Shown: positions 1 to 6,257 of the stretch, piece by piece
How positions within the stretch are numbered: the stretch's first letter is position 1
Layout of the letters: each line of letters begins with the position of its first letter
IMG/VR virus record: IMGVR_UViG_3300011008_000003
DNA: 64,000 nt
DNA from: a virus
Taxonomy: Duplodnaviria > Heunggongvirae > Uroviricota > Caudoviricetes
Reading direction: 5' to 3' (one strand)
Notes under the pieces: model-generated
Seen by the model: only the letters and a program-made list of their open reading frames with translations
Databases searched by the model: none
What the model was told of the DNA's origin: nothing
Translations under genes and position numbers: made by a program

Positions 1-47
1 TTCTGGGATTTTCAGTCCCGTCCATTCCCACGATTGGATGCCATGGC
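1..47 (-). tRNA. tRNA-Phe(GAA), 5' part, truncated by window edge
   Basis: Minus strand GCCATGG...GGGA-CTGAAAA-TCCC: anticodon stem-loop with GAA; T arm lies outside the window. Confidence 0.75.
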
Positions 48-49
48 AT

Positions 50-80
50 AAAAGAAAGGTTCCTGTTGTGCACAGGAACC
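50..80 (-). terminator. Intrinsic terminator (attenuator) directly 5' of tRNA-Phe
   Basis: GGTTCCTGT-GCACA-ACAGGAACC 9-bp stem followed by TTTCTTTT. Confidence 0.8.
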
Positions 81-110
81 GTAAATTCTTCATACTCTTA
101 GGTAATCGCT

Positions 111-218
111 TTACTTGAACCTGTGCACTGAATTGTCAATCGCAAATACACGTTCTGCAAATTCTGCAATACGTTCTGCTGCGACCGCGATGAATTCAAT
201 GTTAAAGTTCTTGTTCAT
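111..218 (-). CDS. Putative leader peptide, 35 aa, Phe/Ala-rich (MNKNFNIEFIAVAAERIAEFAERVFAIDNSVHRFK)
   Basis: Own promoter, AAAGGT upstream of ATG; GTGCACAGG (128-120) is complementary to the terminator 5' arm and loop (76-68). Confidence 0.65.
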   Translation of the reverse strand: MNKNFNIEFIAVAAERIAEFAERVFAIDNSVHRFK

Positions 219-232
219 TTTGTTACCTTTTA

Positions 233-267
233 TATTATATATAAAAATGTTTTTCCTGTTTTCGCAA
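233..267 (-). promoter_or_regulatory. Leader-type promoter TTGCGA-N18-TATATATAATA
   Basis: Same motif and spacing at 4914-4948 and 24776-24810. Confidence 0.7.
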
Positions 268-271
268 AATA

Positions 272-323
272 GATTCGGCCAATGGACTCCATCCAAAGTT
301 TTACGTTAGCGCTGCACCGAATC
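272..323 (-). ncRNA. Small hairpin RNA candidate
   Basis: GATTCGGT/GCCGAATC closing stem just downstream of promoter 348-376; no ORF. Confidence 0.3.
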
Positions 324-347
324 ATCTGATGCATCAGTTATGTTTAA

Positions 348-376
348 AATATAGTAAAAAGTTTTTGGTTTGTCAA
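348..376 (-). promoter_or_regulatory. sigma70-like early promoter TTGACA-N17-TATATT (representative of >20 copies in window)
   Basis: Same motif with 17-nt spacer at 595-623, 2876-2904, 4175-4203, 5029-5057, 22021-22049, 49354-49382 and other intergenic sites. Confidence 0.8.
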
Positions 377-401
377 CCCTCTTTTTAAAATATTTTTTTA
401 G

Positions 402-517
402 GCGGCGAGACTGGACTCGAACCAGCAACCCAAAGTACCCATTAAATAGGAATCATCGGTGCTAGAAAGCGGATAATAAAATATAAACTTTTGCTCTACC
501 ATTGAGCTACCCGCCGC
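402..517 (-). ncRNA. tRNA-like RNA with anticodon loop replaced by a 50-nt insert carrying the bulged-helix/UCCUAUU motif (family member A)
   Basis: 8-bp acceptor GCGGCGGG/CTCGCCGC, D arm TAGCTCAATGGTAGAGC, AAAGT/ACTTT stem, T arm GCTGG-TTCGAGT-CCAGT; insert 437-486. Confidence 0.8.
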
Positions 518-522
518 ATATT

Positions 523-587
523 GTTAAAGCGGAATGTAAGTAAACAATAAAGGAAGTTTTTGAATAGGAACATTCATTTGCTTTAAC
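523..587 (-). ncRNA. Bulged-helix/UCCUAUU RNA (member B)
   Basis: GTTAAAGC-AAAT-GAATGT-TCCTATT...ACATTC-C-GCTTTAAC; begins right after promoter 595-623. Confidence 0.7.
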
Positions 588-635
588 GGTTGTAAATATA
601 GTAAAGATTGTTTGGTTTGTCAACCCCCTTTTTAA

Positions 636-1241
636 TTAAAATGCGTTAAAGAATTTTCGCACTTTATCAATCCAGGTAGGAAGCGTCCAACGCTGTTCAA
701 TCTTTCGGCCATCAGGCAAGATGGTCGTTTTATAATAGGTCTTGTAATCCCAAGTTCTATGATCGTCATAATGGATTTCAGCATTATTTTCTTCATCATA
801 CTGGCGATAACTATCAGACACATAGTTTTGATTTCCTGTATGCGGATAATAAAAATTATGATATTCACGTTCGTAAATAACACGATTCTTGTCATCATAA
901 GTATAATATGTAAGAGACACGCTTTCGTCAGAACGGTTTTCATGCTTCATGTAGAAAACATGCTTAATACAGCGGTTCTTGCTGTCATATTCATTAAATT
1001 CGCGATGTAATTCTGTAATATTATTATGTACCGACACGACATATTCATGAGACAACCGGTTATTGTTTTCGTCAAATGTCGAATTAGTATAGTATGAACC
1101 GCGTTCTTCGTCCGGATAAATAACCGATGAATGAATAACATTGCCGCGTTCATCCTTAACTTCGGTACGTGTATCGGCTGGGGATACAACCTTGACACCA
1201 TTATCGATAATCGTATAGCTTTTATCGGGATTCTGCCAGTT
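636..1241 (-). CDS. Hypothetical protein with YD-like repeats (YDxxNR); start uncertain
   Basis: ORF 636-1055 stays open in frame up to 1241 without ATG; repeats FDENNN, YDSKNR, YDDKNR, YDEENN; possible 5' frameshift. Confidence 0.55.
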   Translation of the reverse strand, partial: NWQNPDKSYTIIDNGVKVVSPADTRTEVKDERGNVIHSSVIYPDEERGSYYTNSTFDENNNRLSHEYVVSVHNNITELHREFNEYDSKNRCIKHVFYMKHENRSDESVSLTYYTYDDKNRVIYEREYHNFYYPHTGNQNYVSDSYRQYDEENNAEIHYDDHRTWDYKTYYKTTILPDGRKIEQRWTLPTWIDKVRKFFNAF

Positions 1242-1445
1242 TTAAAATCAAAAAATGTGTCTGATACGATTCACGCACCTTTTTAGAAGACTTAGACACA
1301 AAATTTATAAGCCTTGAGCGGACACGTTACACCTAATACGCTCATAGCCGACCCATTCTCCAGGGTTAGGGCCTATATGTCAAGTATCATTGCGCATTGA
1401 TAATCCGGGTGAAGACTCCAGATACACATAGGACTTTTTAAAAGC

Positions 1446-1517
1446 TTGGCGGGAAGTAGACCTTCAAATTAGCATTTTGATGCTCTTACTGAGCTAAATA
1501 GGAACTTCCTATGCCAA
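1446..1517 (-). ncRNA. Bulged-helix/UCCUAUU RNA enclosing D arm + anticodon-like arm, GCT (member C)
   Basis: TTGGC-ATA-GGAAGT-TCCTATT-TAGCTCAGTAAGAGC-A-TCAAA-ATGCTAA-TTTGA-AGGTCT-ACTTCC-C-GCCAA. Confidence 0.75.
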
Positions 1518-1624
1518 AATTTTTCGGATATTAATATTTTACTATCAATATCCGGTTAGAATCACCTACAATTTATAGTTTGACGAGAACCGAATTGTTT
1601 GCTTTCTAACTGATGTTTTCGTAC

Positions 1625-1696
1625 TAGCGGGTCTTGGACTCGAACCAAGGACTTTTGGGTTATGGGCCCAAATTGCTACCACTGCATCAACCCGCG
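1625..1696 (-). tRNA. Initiator-type tRNA-Met(CAT)
   Basis: Cloverleaf, C1:T72 mismatch, GGG/CCC in anticodon stem, CAT anticodon. Confidence 0.9.
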
Positions 1697-1717
1697 TCAA
1701 AATAAACTCAAAAATAT

Positions 1718-1815
1718 GGTAAGTGGCCGACACTGTTCAAGACACGCATTCAGTTCCTCGTGCACTAGGCAGAACTCTGGAATTTACTTAGTGTCGGCCT
1801 TAAGGCACACTTACC
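1718..1815. ncRNA. ~100-nt rod-like hairpin with internal bubble
   Basis: GGTAAGTG/CACTTACC and GCCGACACT/AGTGTCGGC nested inverted repeats. Confidence 0.5.
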
Positions 1816-1860
1816 GTACCTGCAGTCTTTTCGTTTTAAGTAGAAAGAAAATATATGTAA

Positions 1861-1977
1861 AAATAAACTCAGTTGCTTTAAAGTAGAAGAACCTGAAATA
1901 ACTCGGCTGCTTTGAAGTAGAAGAGCTTTGAAATAACTCAGTTGCTTTGAAGTAGAAGAACCTGAAATAACTCAGTT
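1861..1977. repeat. Tandem repeat, 34-35 nt x ~3.4, no spacers
   Basis: Units start at 1861, 1896, 1931, 1965; consensus AAATAACTCAGTTGCTTTGAAGTAGAAGAACCTG. Confidence 0.9.
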
Positions 1978-2014
1978 TTTTGTGGAAACCTTGAAAAACC
2001 ATTTTCAAACACTC

Positions 2015-2860
2015 TGCCGGAATCCCGATTCTCCACCGGCCATGACGTCTATCAACTGCCCATTCTATCGGTCGACTTCTTATAGGGTACAAACTCCGTC
2101 ATCTAGCAATTTATTGATCGTCTAGCTATATCTTATATTAATTAAAAACTGCTTAATGGAACACTTCCGGACTTATCTATTTATATGCAACCAAGGATCC
2201 TGTCCTAAAAATGCAGCGTATAAGGCTTTTTAACCGATATAGGGGCACATGTTCTGTACTGGAACCAGCCCACGTACATATCGTCCACAAGCAGTTTTTA
2301 ATTAACATAATACTCTCTATACTCCGCCTGATATAGATTCAGTGCTTAACAGGTTCTCAATAGGAGCTACCTATACAAAAGGCTACAAACCATTTGCCTA
2401 ACATATACTTTAAATATGTCCAGTTGTTGAACCCGTCGGGCGTTATAGGTTCCGGGCGATAAACACAGCACGTTACCGGGACTTCAGAGAAAGCATTCAA
2501 TGTGTGTTCATTGATTTTCTCACGCACTTAAGTAAAACACGTTACAGTCCATATGCTTACAGGCATCCTAATTACAAGGACCGATTAAGAAGTACAACTG
2601 GTGGTTAACCCAGAATTTCTCTTCGCGCACTCTTATTTCAAGTGGCCTCACGTGGCATATTTACAGAGCCAATACTACTCCTTTGCGACCATCATTCTTA
2701 AATCCATAATTCGCAAAGTCAGATTCCTCATCCCAGAGTTTTCCCCATCTGGGTTAGCCCGCTAGCATGAACATGAATGGTGCAACACGGGTTCTCCTCA
2801 CATATAGACTATACTCAATTTCGTTCTTTCAATCTACTGAAACACTCGCTGGTGTTTCAA
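2015..2860 (-). ncRNA. Large structured non-coding region (one large or several ncRNAs)
   Basis: No credible ORF; promoter at 2876-2904; 17-bp perfect IR 2138-2154/2289-2305; 8-bp IR 2420-2427/2594-2601; many local hairpins. Confidence 0.55.
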
Positions 2861-2926
2861 TCATTTACGTCTTATAATATAGTAAATGTTCTTGTGTTCG
2901 TCAACCCTTTTTTATAAAAAAATTTT

Positions 2927-3457
2927 TTATGCCAGGATTATAAGCTCTGCAAGTCTGCGACATGGTTCAGGAATATCCTTACGCTTCAGAAGCATTTCAC
3001 AGACATTCTGATACATTCTCTTCTTTGCATTTTCCTTTGGTTGGTCCCAAGAATTATAAACCATATCGGCAAGCTTAATCAACAAAGCATCCTTCGAAAT
3101 CGAACACAGCTTTTCGGTCATATATTCGGTCTTACCGAGTTGGTCAATGATATGACGGTTATTTGTCAATTCCAAAACCAGTTCTGCTACTTCTTCGCTA
3201 CCAGAAATGACTGCGATTTCTTCATAAGACGTATCAGTATCTTCCAAAAGGTCATGACCGAAGGCGGCGTTAATCTGGTCGATTGTTCCACCATATTTCT
3301 TGACAAGCCAAGCGACTCCGCGAGGATGAACGAAATACGGCATTCCGCTGCCCTTACGAGCCGCATGTGCATGCCTACCCTTCGCAAAGTAATACATGGC
3401 TCGACATTCTACAGGAAAATCCTGCGATTTGGATTTCTTAAACATTGCGCTAAACAT
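2927..3457 (-). CDS. HD-domain (p)ppGpp hydrolase-like protein (Mesh1/small alarmone hydrolase)
   Basis: H...RKGSGMPYFVHP, GHDLLEDT, LIKLAD..YN motifs of the RelA/SpoT hydrolase domain; AAGGAG RBS before 3457. Confidence 0.85.
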   Translation of the reverse strand: MFSAMFKKSKSQDFPVECRAMYYFAKGRHAHAARKGSGMPYFVHPRGVAWLVKKYGGTIDQINAAFGHDLLEDTDTSYEEIAVISGSEEVAELVLELTNNRHIIDQLGKTEYMTEKLCSISKDALLIKLADMVYNSWDQPKENAKKRMYQNVCEMLLKRKDIPEPCRRLAELIILA

Positions 3458-3693
3458 TAATTGCTCCTTGGTTATATAAAACAATATAGAAAAGGGCTGA
3501 CGTTCTGTCAACCCTTTTTCATAAAATAAACGGCGGGAGATTCATTTAGGTGATAAAGTAGCTATCTCTAACACCCATCGCAATTAGACATCAGCACACT
3601 ATCATATGTACACTCAAATAGCATACTGTAATAATCAAAGAAAAACCCTAAGAAACGGTCATGCGATGTATTGTTACCATTAGATGGTTTTAG

Positions 3694-3766
3694 CGCTGGT
3701 GGAGGGATCCGAACCCCCGACCGGCTGATTACAAATCAGCTGCTCTACCTGCTGAGCTACACCAGC
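3694..3766 (-). tRNA. tRNA-Thr(TGT)
   Basis: Canonical cloverleaf, loop TT-TGT-AA. Confidence 0.93.
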
Positions 3767-3782
3767 AAAAGGTGATATATAT

Positions 3783-3917
3783 GGTGATTAACCCACTAAC
3801 GGACTATATCTGCCGGATAAGGTATGTACTAACGCCTCGTTACCTCTATCAGAACCATCGCTTCGTGATGTAAGGCGAATCAAAACTTGGGTTCCTTACA
3901 CGCTTTTGGAAATCACC
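3783..3917 (-). ncRNA. Structured RNA candidate with possible pseudoknot
   Basis: GGTGATT/AATCACC closing stem, TGTAAGG/CCTTACA stem whose loop AACCCA can pair with downstream TGGGTT. Confidence 0.4.
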
Positions 3918-3995
3918 CACGAAGAATAAGTCTCCATTGTCTGCATGAAATCCCACTTTCATGTATTTACTGTTGTATGACTTTAGACTATTTTA

Positions 3996-4069
3996 TCGGA
4001 GTAGCCAGATTCGAACTGACGACATTCTGCTCCCAAAGCAGACGCTCTACCAGACTGAGCTACACTCCG
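3996..4069 (-). tRNA. tRNA-Pro(TGG)
   Basis: Canonical cloverleaf, C1-G72, A73, loop TT-TGG-GA. Confidence 0.93.
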
Positions 4070-4080
4070 GAAATTTTTAG

Positions 4081-4160
4081 CTGTTCCACCTGGACTCGAA
4101 CCAGGGACCAGGGACCAAGCGATTAACAGTCGCTCGCTCTACCAACTGAGCTATGGAACA
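4081..4160 (-). tRNA. tRNA-Asn(GTT) with 7-nt duplication (TGGTCCC) in variable region
   Basis: Cloverleaf, loop CT-GTT-AA, G73; TGGTCCC-TGGTCCC-TGG before T loop. Confidence 0.85.
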
Positions 4161-4223
4161 ATCTTGTATTAACAAATATAGCAATTAATGTTCTACTTGT
4201 CAACCCATAAAATAATTTTTTCG

Positions 4224-4299
4224 CGCCTGGTGAGAGATTCGAACTCCCGACCGGATGATTACTAAACATCTGCTCTAAAGCCAGCTGAGCTAACCAGGC
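4224..4299 (-). tRNA. tRNA-Thr(AGT)
   Basis: Cloverleaf GCCTGGT/ACCAGGC, loop TT-AGT-AA, T:T at base of anticodon loop. Confidence 0.85.
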
Positions 4300-4306
4300 A
4301 AAAATT

Positions 4307-4376
4307 TGGCGGGTCGTAAAACCTTTTGATTACCAATCAACTGCTCATCTGAGCTAAATAGGAACGACCTATGCCA
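4307..4376 (-). ncRNA. Bulged-helix/UCCUAUU RNA enclosing D arm + Thr(GGT) anticodon arm (member D)
   Basis: TGGC-ATA-GGTCGT-TCCTATT-TAGCTCAGATGAGC-A-GTTGA-TTGGTAA-TCAAA-AGGTTTT-ACGACC-C-GCCA; no T arm. Confidence 0.78.
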
Positions 4377-4379
4377 TTA

Positions 4380-4462
4380 TCAGGGTAGCAGGATTCGAAC
4401 CTGCGATGTCACGAGGACGCTAGCTCCCGAAGCTAGTGGCAAACCAACCTGCCGCTACCCTG
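4380..4462 (-). tRNA. tRNA-Pro(CGG) with long variable arm
   Basis: CAGGGTA/TACCCTG, A73, loop TT-CGG-GA, 15-nt variable region CGTCCTCGTGACATC. Confidence 0.85.
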
Positions 4463-4476
4463 TTTTAATTTGTTCG

Positions 4477-4549
4477 TCAGAGTGGCTGGGCTCGAACCAG
4501 CGACCCCTCGCATCCTAGGCGAGCTCTCTACCAACTGAGTTACACTCTG
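4477..4549 (-). tRNA. tRNA-Pro(AGG)
   Basis: CAGAGTG/CACTCTG, A73, loop CT-AGG-AT. Confidence 0.85.
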
Positions 4550-4552
4550 ATA

Positions 4553-4604
4553 AAGTCACTACTTGGACAACTGGCGGAAAGTACGCACGCTCCGTGAGTG
4601 ACTT
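4553..4604 (-). ncRNA. Small hairpin element between tRNAs
   Basis: AAGTCACT/AGTGACTT 8-bp closing stem with inner CGGA/TCCG. Confidence 0.3.
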
Positions 4605-4606
4605 AG

Positions 4607-4681
4607 CTCCAAGGGAAGGATTCGAACCTCCGAAATCTGACACGTTAACAGCGTGCTGGCATACCGCTTGCCGACCCTGGA
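4607..4681 (-). tRNA. tRNA-Asn(GTT)
   Basis: TCCAGGG/CCTTGGA, G73, loop CT-GTT-AA; atypical D arm and 8-nt variable loop. Confidence 0.85.
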
Positions 4682-4690
4682 ATAAATTAG

Positions 4691-4763
4691 CTGGGAAGGA
4701 GGGATTCGAACCCCCAACATAGTGGTTAACAGCCACCCGTTCTACCATTAGAACTACGACCCA
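4691..4763 (-). tRNA. tRNA-Asn(GTT), two acceptor-stem mismatches
   Basis: TGGGTCG/CTTCCCA, loop CT-GTT-AA, canonical T arm. Confidence 0.82.
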
Positions 4764-4769
4764 ATGTAT

Positions 4770-4805
4770 AAAAAAGAAATCCTGTATGGTTTCAATCATA
4801 CAGGA
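4770..4805 (-). terminator. Intrinsic terminator (attenuator) directly 5' of the Asn-Asn-Pro-Pro-Thr tRNA run
   Basis: TCCTGTATG-N8-CATACAGGA 9-bp stem + TTTCTTTTTT. Confidence 0.85.
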
Positions 4806-4835
4806 CTTATCAAAAAAATCGGTATATGAAGAAAC

Positions 4836-4898
4836 CTAATCCAAAAGCACTCCTGGATTCGTCGGATTAGTATTATTTGTGTTCTTCATAAAAGTCAT
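4836..4898 (-). CDS. Putative leader peptide, 20 aa, MTFMKNTNNTNPTNPGVLLD
   Basis: Translated by hand; 5 Asn, 4 Thr, 2 Pro; alternative 1:2, 2:3 and 3:4 pairings. Confidence 0.75.
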   Translation of the reverse strand: MTFMKNTNNTNPTNPGVLLD

Positions 4899-4913
4899 TT
4901 TCTTATCTCTTTA

Positions 4914-4948
4914 TATTATATATAAAAGTTTTTTCCTGTTTTTCGCAA
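4914..4948 (-). promoter_or_regulatory. Leader-type promoter TTGCGA-N18-TATATATAATA
   Basis: Near-identical to 233-267. Confidence 0.7.
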
Positions 4949-4952
4949 AAAT

Positions 4953-5013
4953 AAACAGCGGGCAGTAAGAACCATAAACCAAAGGAGTAAAATAGGAACT
5001 GCGTATGCTGTTT
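4953..5013 (-). ncRNA. Bulged-helix/UCCUAUU RNA with anti-SD-like loop (member E)
   Basis: AAACAGC-ATA-CGCAGT-TCCTATT-TTACTCCTTTGGTTTATGGTTCTT-ACTGCC-C-GCTGTTT; just downstream of promoter 5029-5057. Confidence 0.72.
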
Positions 5014-5063
5014 TGTTTTACATGTTATAATATAGTAAATGTTTTTGTGTTTGTCAACCCTTT

Positions 5064-5603
5064 TTAATCAACTTTTTTAACATTTTTTATTTCGACTTGT
5101 TTTGCAAAATATTCAAACATTTCGATTGCCGCTTGAGGATATTCTTTCGGATAATTCCTGGACCAGTTATAGAAAACAAGCTGAAGCATTTTTGTCAAAT
5201 GTTTGCTATTAATAAATTCTACATTGGTCAAATAAGAAATCATCTGCGTAATATCATTTTGGGTGGTTCCGACATCATCTGTTATCTTACGATAGACATT
5301 AAACATTTTCTGCCGTACCGATACGACATATTTCTTATACTTGTTCAGATAATATCTTAAAGTAAACATATAGTTTACGTATTCATATTTATCTTTACCG
5401 TAGAAAATTGTCGCTGACGATTTCAAGTTTCGTGAAATATGCAAGATAGCGACTTTCTTTCCGTTAATGTCGCATCTTACATAGTAATCGCCAGGATATG
5501 CATTCTTCGTCTCAATCGAATATTCAGACTGATATTCGACAAATTCACAATCTTTACCGAGAACTTCGGTACAGGTTTTTCTAAAAGAATCGGGCGTAAT
5601 CAT
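5064..5603 (-). CDS. Hypothetical protein
   Basis: ORF in co-oriented gene run. Confidence 0.7.
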   Translation of the reverse strand: MITPDSFRKTCTEVLGKDCEFVEYQSEYSIETKNAYPGDYYVRCDINGKKVAILHISRNLKSSATIFYGKDKYEYVNYMFTLRYYLNKYKKYVVSVRQKMFNVYRKITDDVGTTQNDITQMISYLTNVEFINSKHLTKMLQLVFYNWSRNYPKEYPQAAIEMFEYFAKQVEIKNVKKVD

Positions 5604-5606
5604 AGT

Positions 5607-5921
5607 TTATGTTCTTCCAAAATATTCAAAATATCTTTTCATACAGTTAGTAAGTCTTTTCTGAGTACCTTTACTTACCTCCTCATAAGACTTTAACTGT
5701 GCTTCTTTTATTTTTTTACGATTGACAATAAGATCTCCAATAGATTCGACTATCATCCAACCAATAGCTATCGCAATGATAATAGGACCAAGAAGAATAC
5801 AAATTCCTTCTGAAACTATTTTTTCAGCAATATTGTCAAATTTACAAGTCTTATCCGGAATAATAATACATGCCATTATAATGGTAGAAATAATACAGTA
5901 AACTATTAATGCGGTCAACAT
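5607..5921 (-). CDS. Hypothetical membrane protein
   Basis: Two hydrophobic segments. Confidence 0.65.
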   Translation of the reverse strand: MLTALIVYCIISTIIMACIIIPDKTCKFDNIAEKIVSEGICILLGPIIIAIAIGWMIVESIGDLIVNRKKIKEAQLKSYEEVSKGTQKRLTNCMKRYFEYFGRT

Positions 5922-5924
5922 ATT

Positions 5925-6254
5925 TTATTTCTCATAATTATTCACACTGATGTTTCTTACGTCACAATAACGAAAAACTTTAATCTGGTGCGGATCATGT
6001 TTATTATAAAATCTATTTGTACCGCCGAAACCAAAAACATCTTCTCGTTCCCAATCCTTCATAGAAAGTAATTCACAACGATTACCGCTGTATTTGGGAC
6101 AAATCTGATATGTATCTGGTTCAGGTGCAGGTTCATGATAATATATGATACCGCATATAGGGCTTACTATAAGTATTGAACAGATATAAACAACTTTCCA
6201 TTCAGAAAAATGCTTAATGACTGGTCTGAAAAGACGGTACAAATAGTTTTTCAT
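5925..6254 (-). CDS. Hypothetical membrane-anchored protein
   Basis: One hydrophobic segment. Confidence 0.6.
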   Translation of the reverse strand: MKNYLYRLFRPVIKHFSEWKVVYICSILIVSPICGIIYYHEPAPEPDTYQICPKYSGNRCELLSMKDWEREDVFGFGGTNRFYNKHDPHQIKVFRYCDVRNISVNNYEK

Positions 6255-6257
6255 AGG

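Noticed and set aside
437-486. Group I or BHB intron in a tRNA
   Set aside because: Far too short for group I, no clear BHB, and the insert matches the dispersed UCCUAUU motif.
1861-1977. CRISPR array
   Set aside because: Units are directly adjacent with no unique spacers; no cas genes in the window.
2359-2378. Partial motif GU-AUA-GGUAGC-UCCUAUU
   Set aside because: Matches the 5' strand pattern but no complementary strand was found nearby; not counted as a family member.
3532-3575. Degenerate bulged-helix element (GGU-GUU-AGAGAU...AUCUCC-C-GCC)
   Set aside because: Lacks UCCUAUU; too weak without a covariance model.
1662-4799. ORFs 1662-1886, 1811-2092, 3887-4126, 4515-4799
   Set aside because: Overlap tRNAs, repeats or RNA structures; no coding features.
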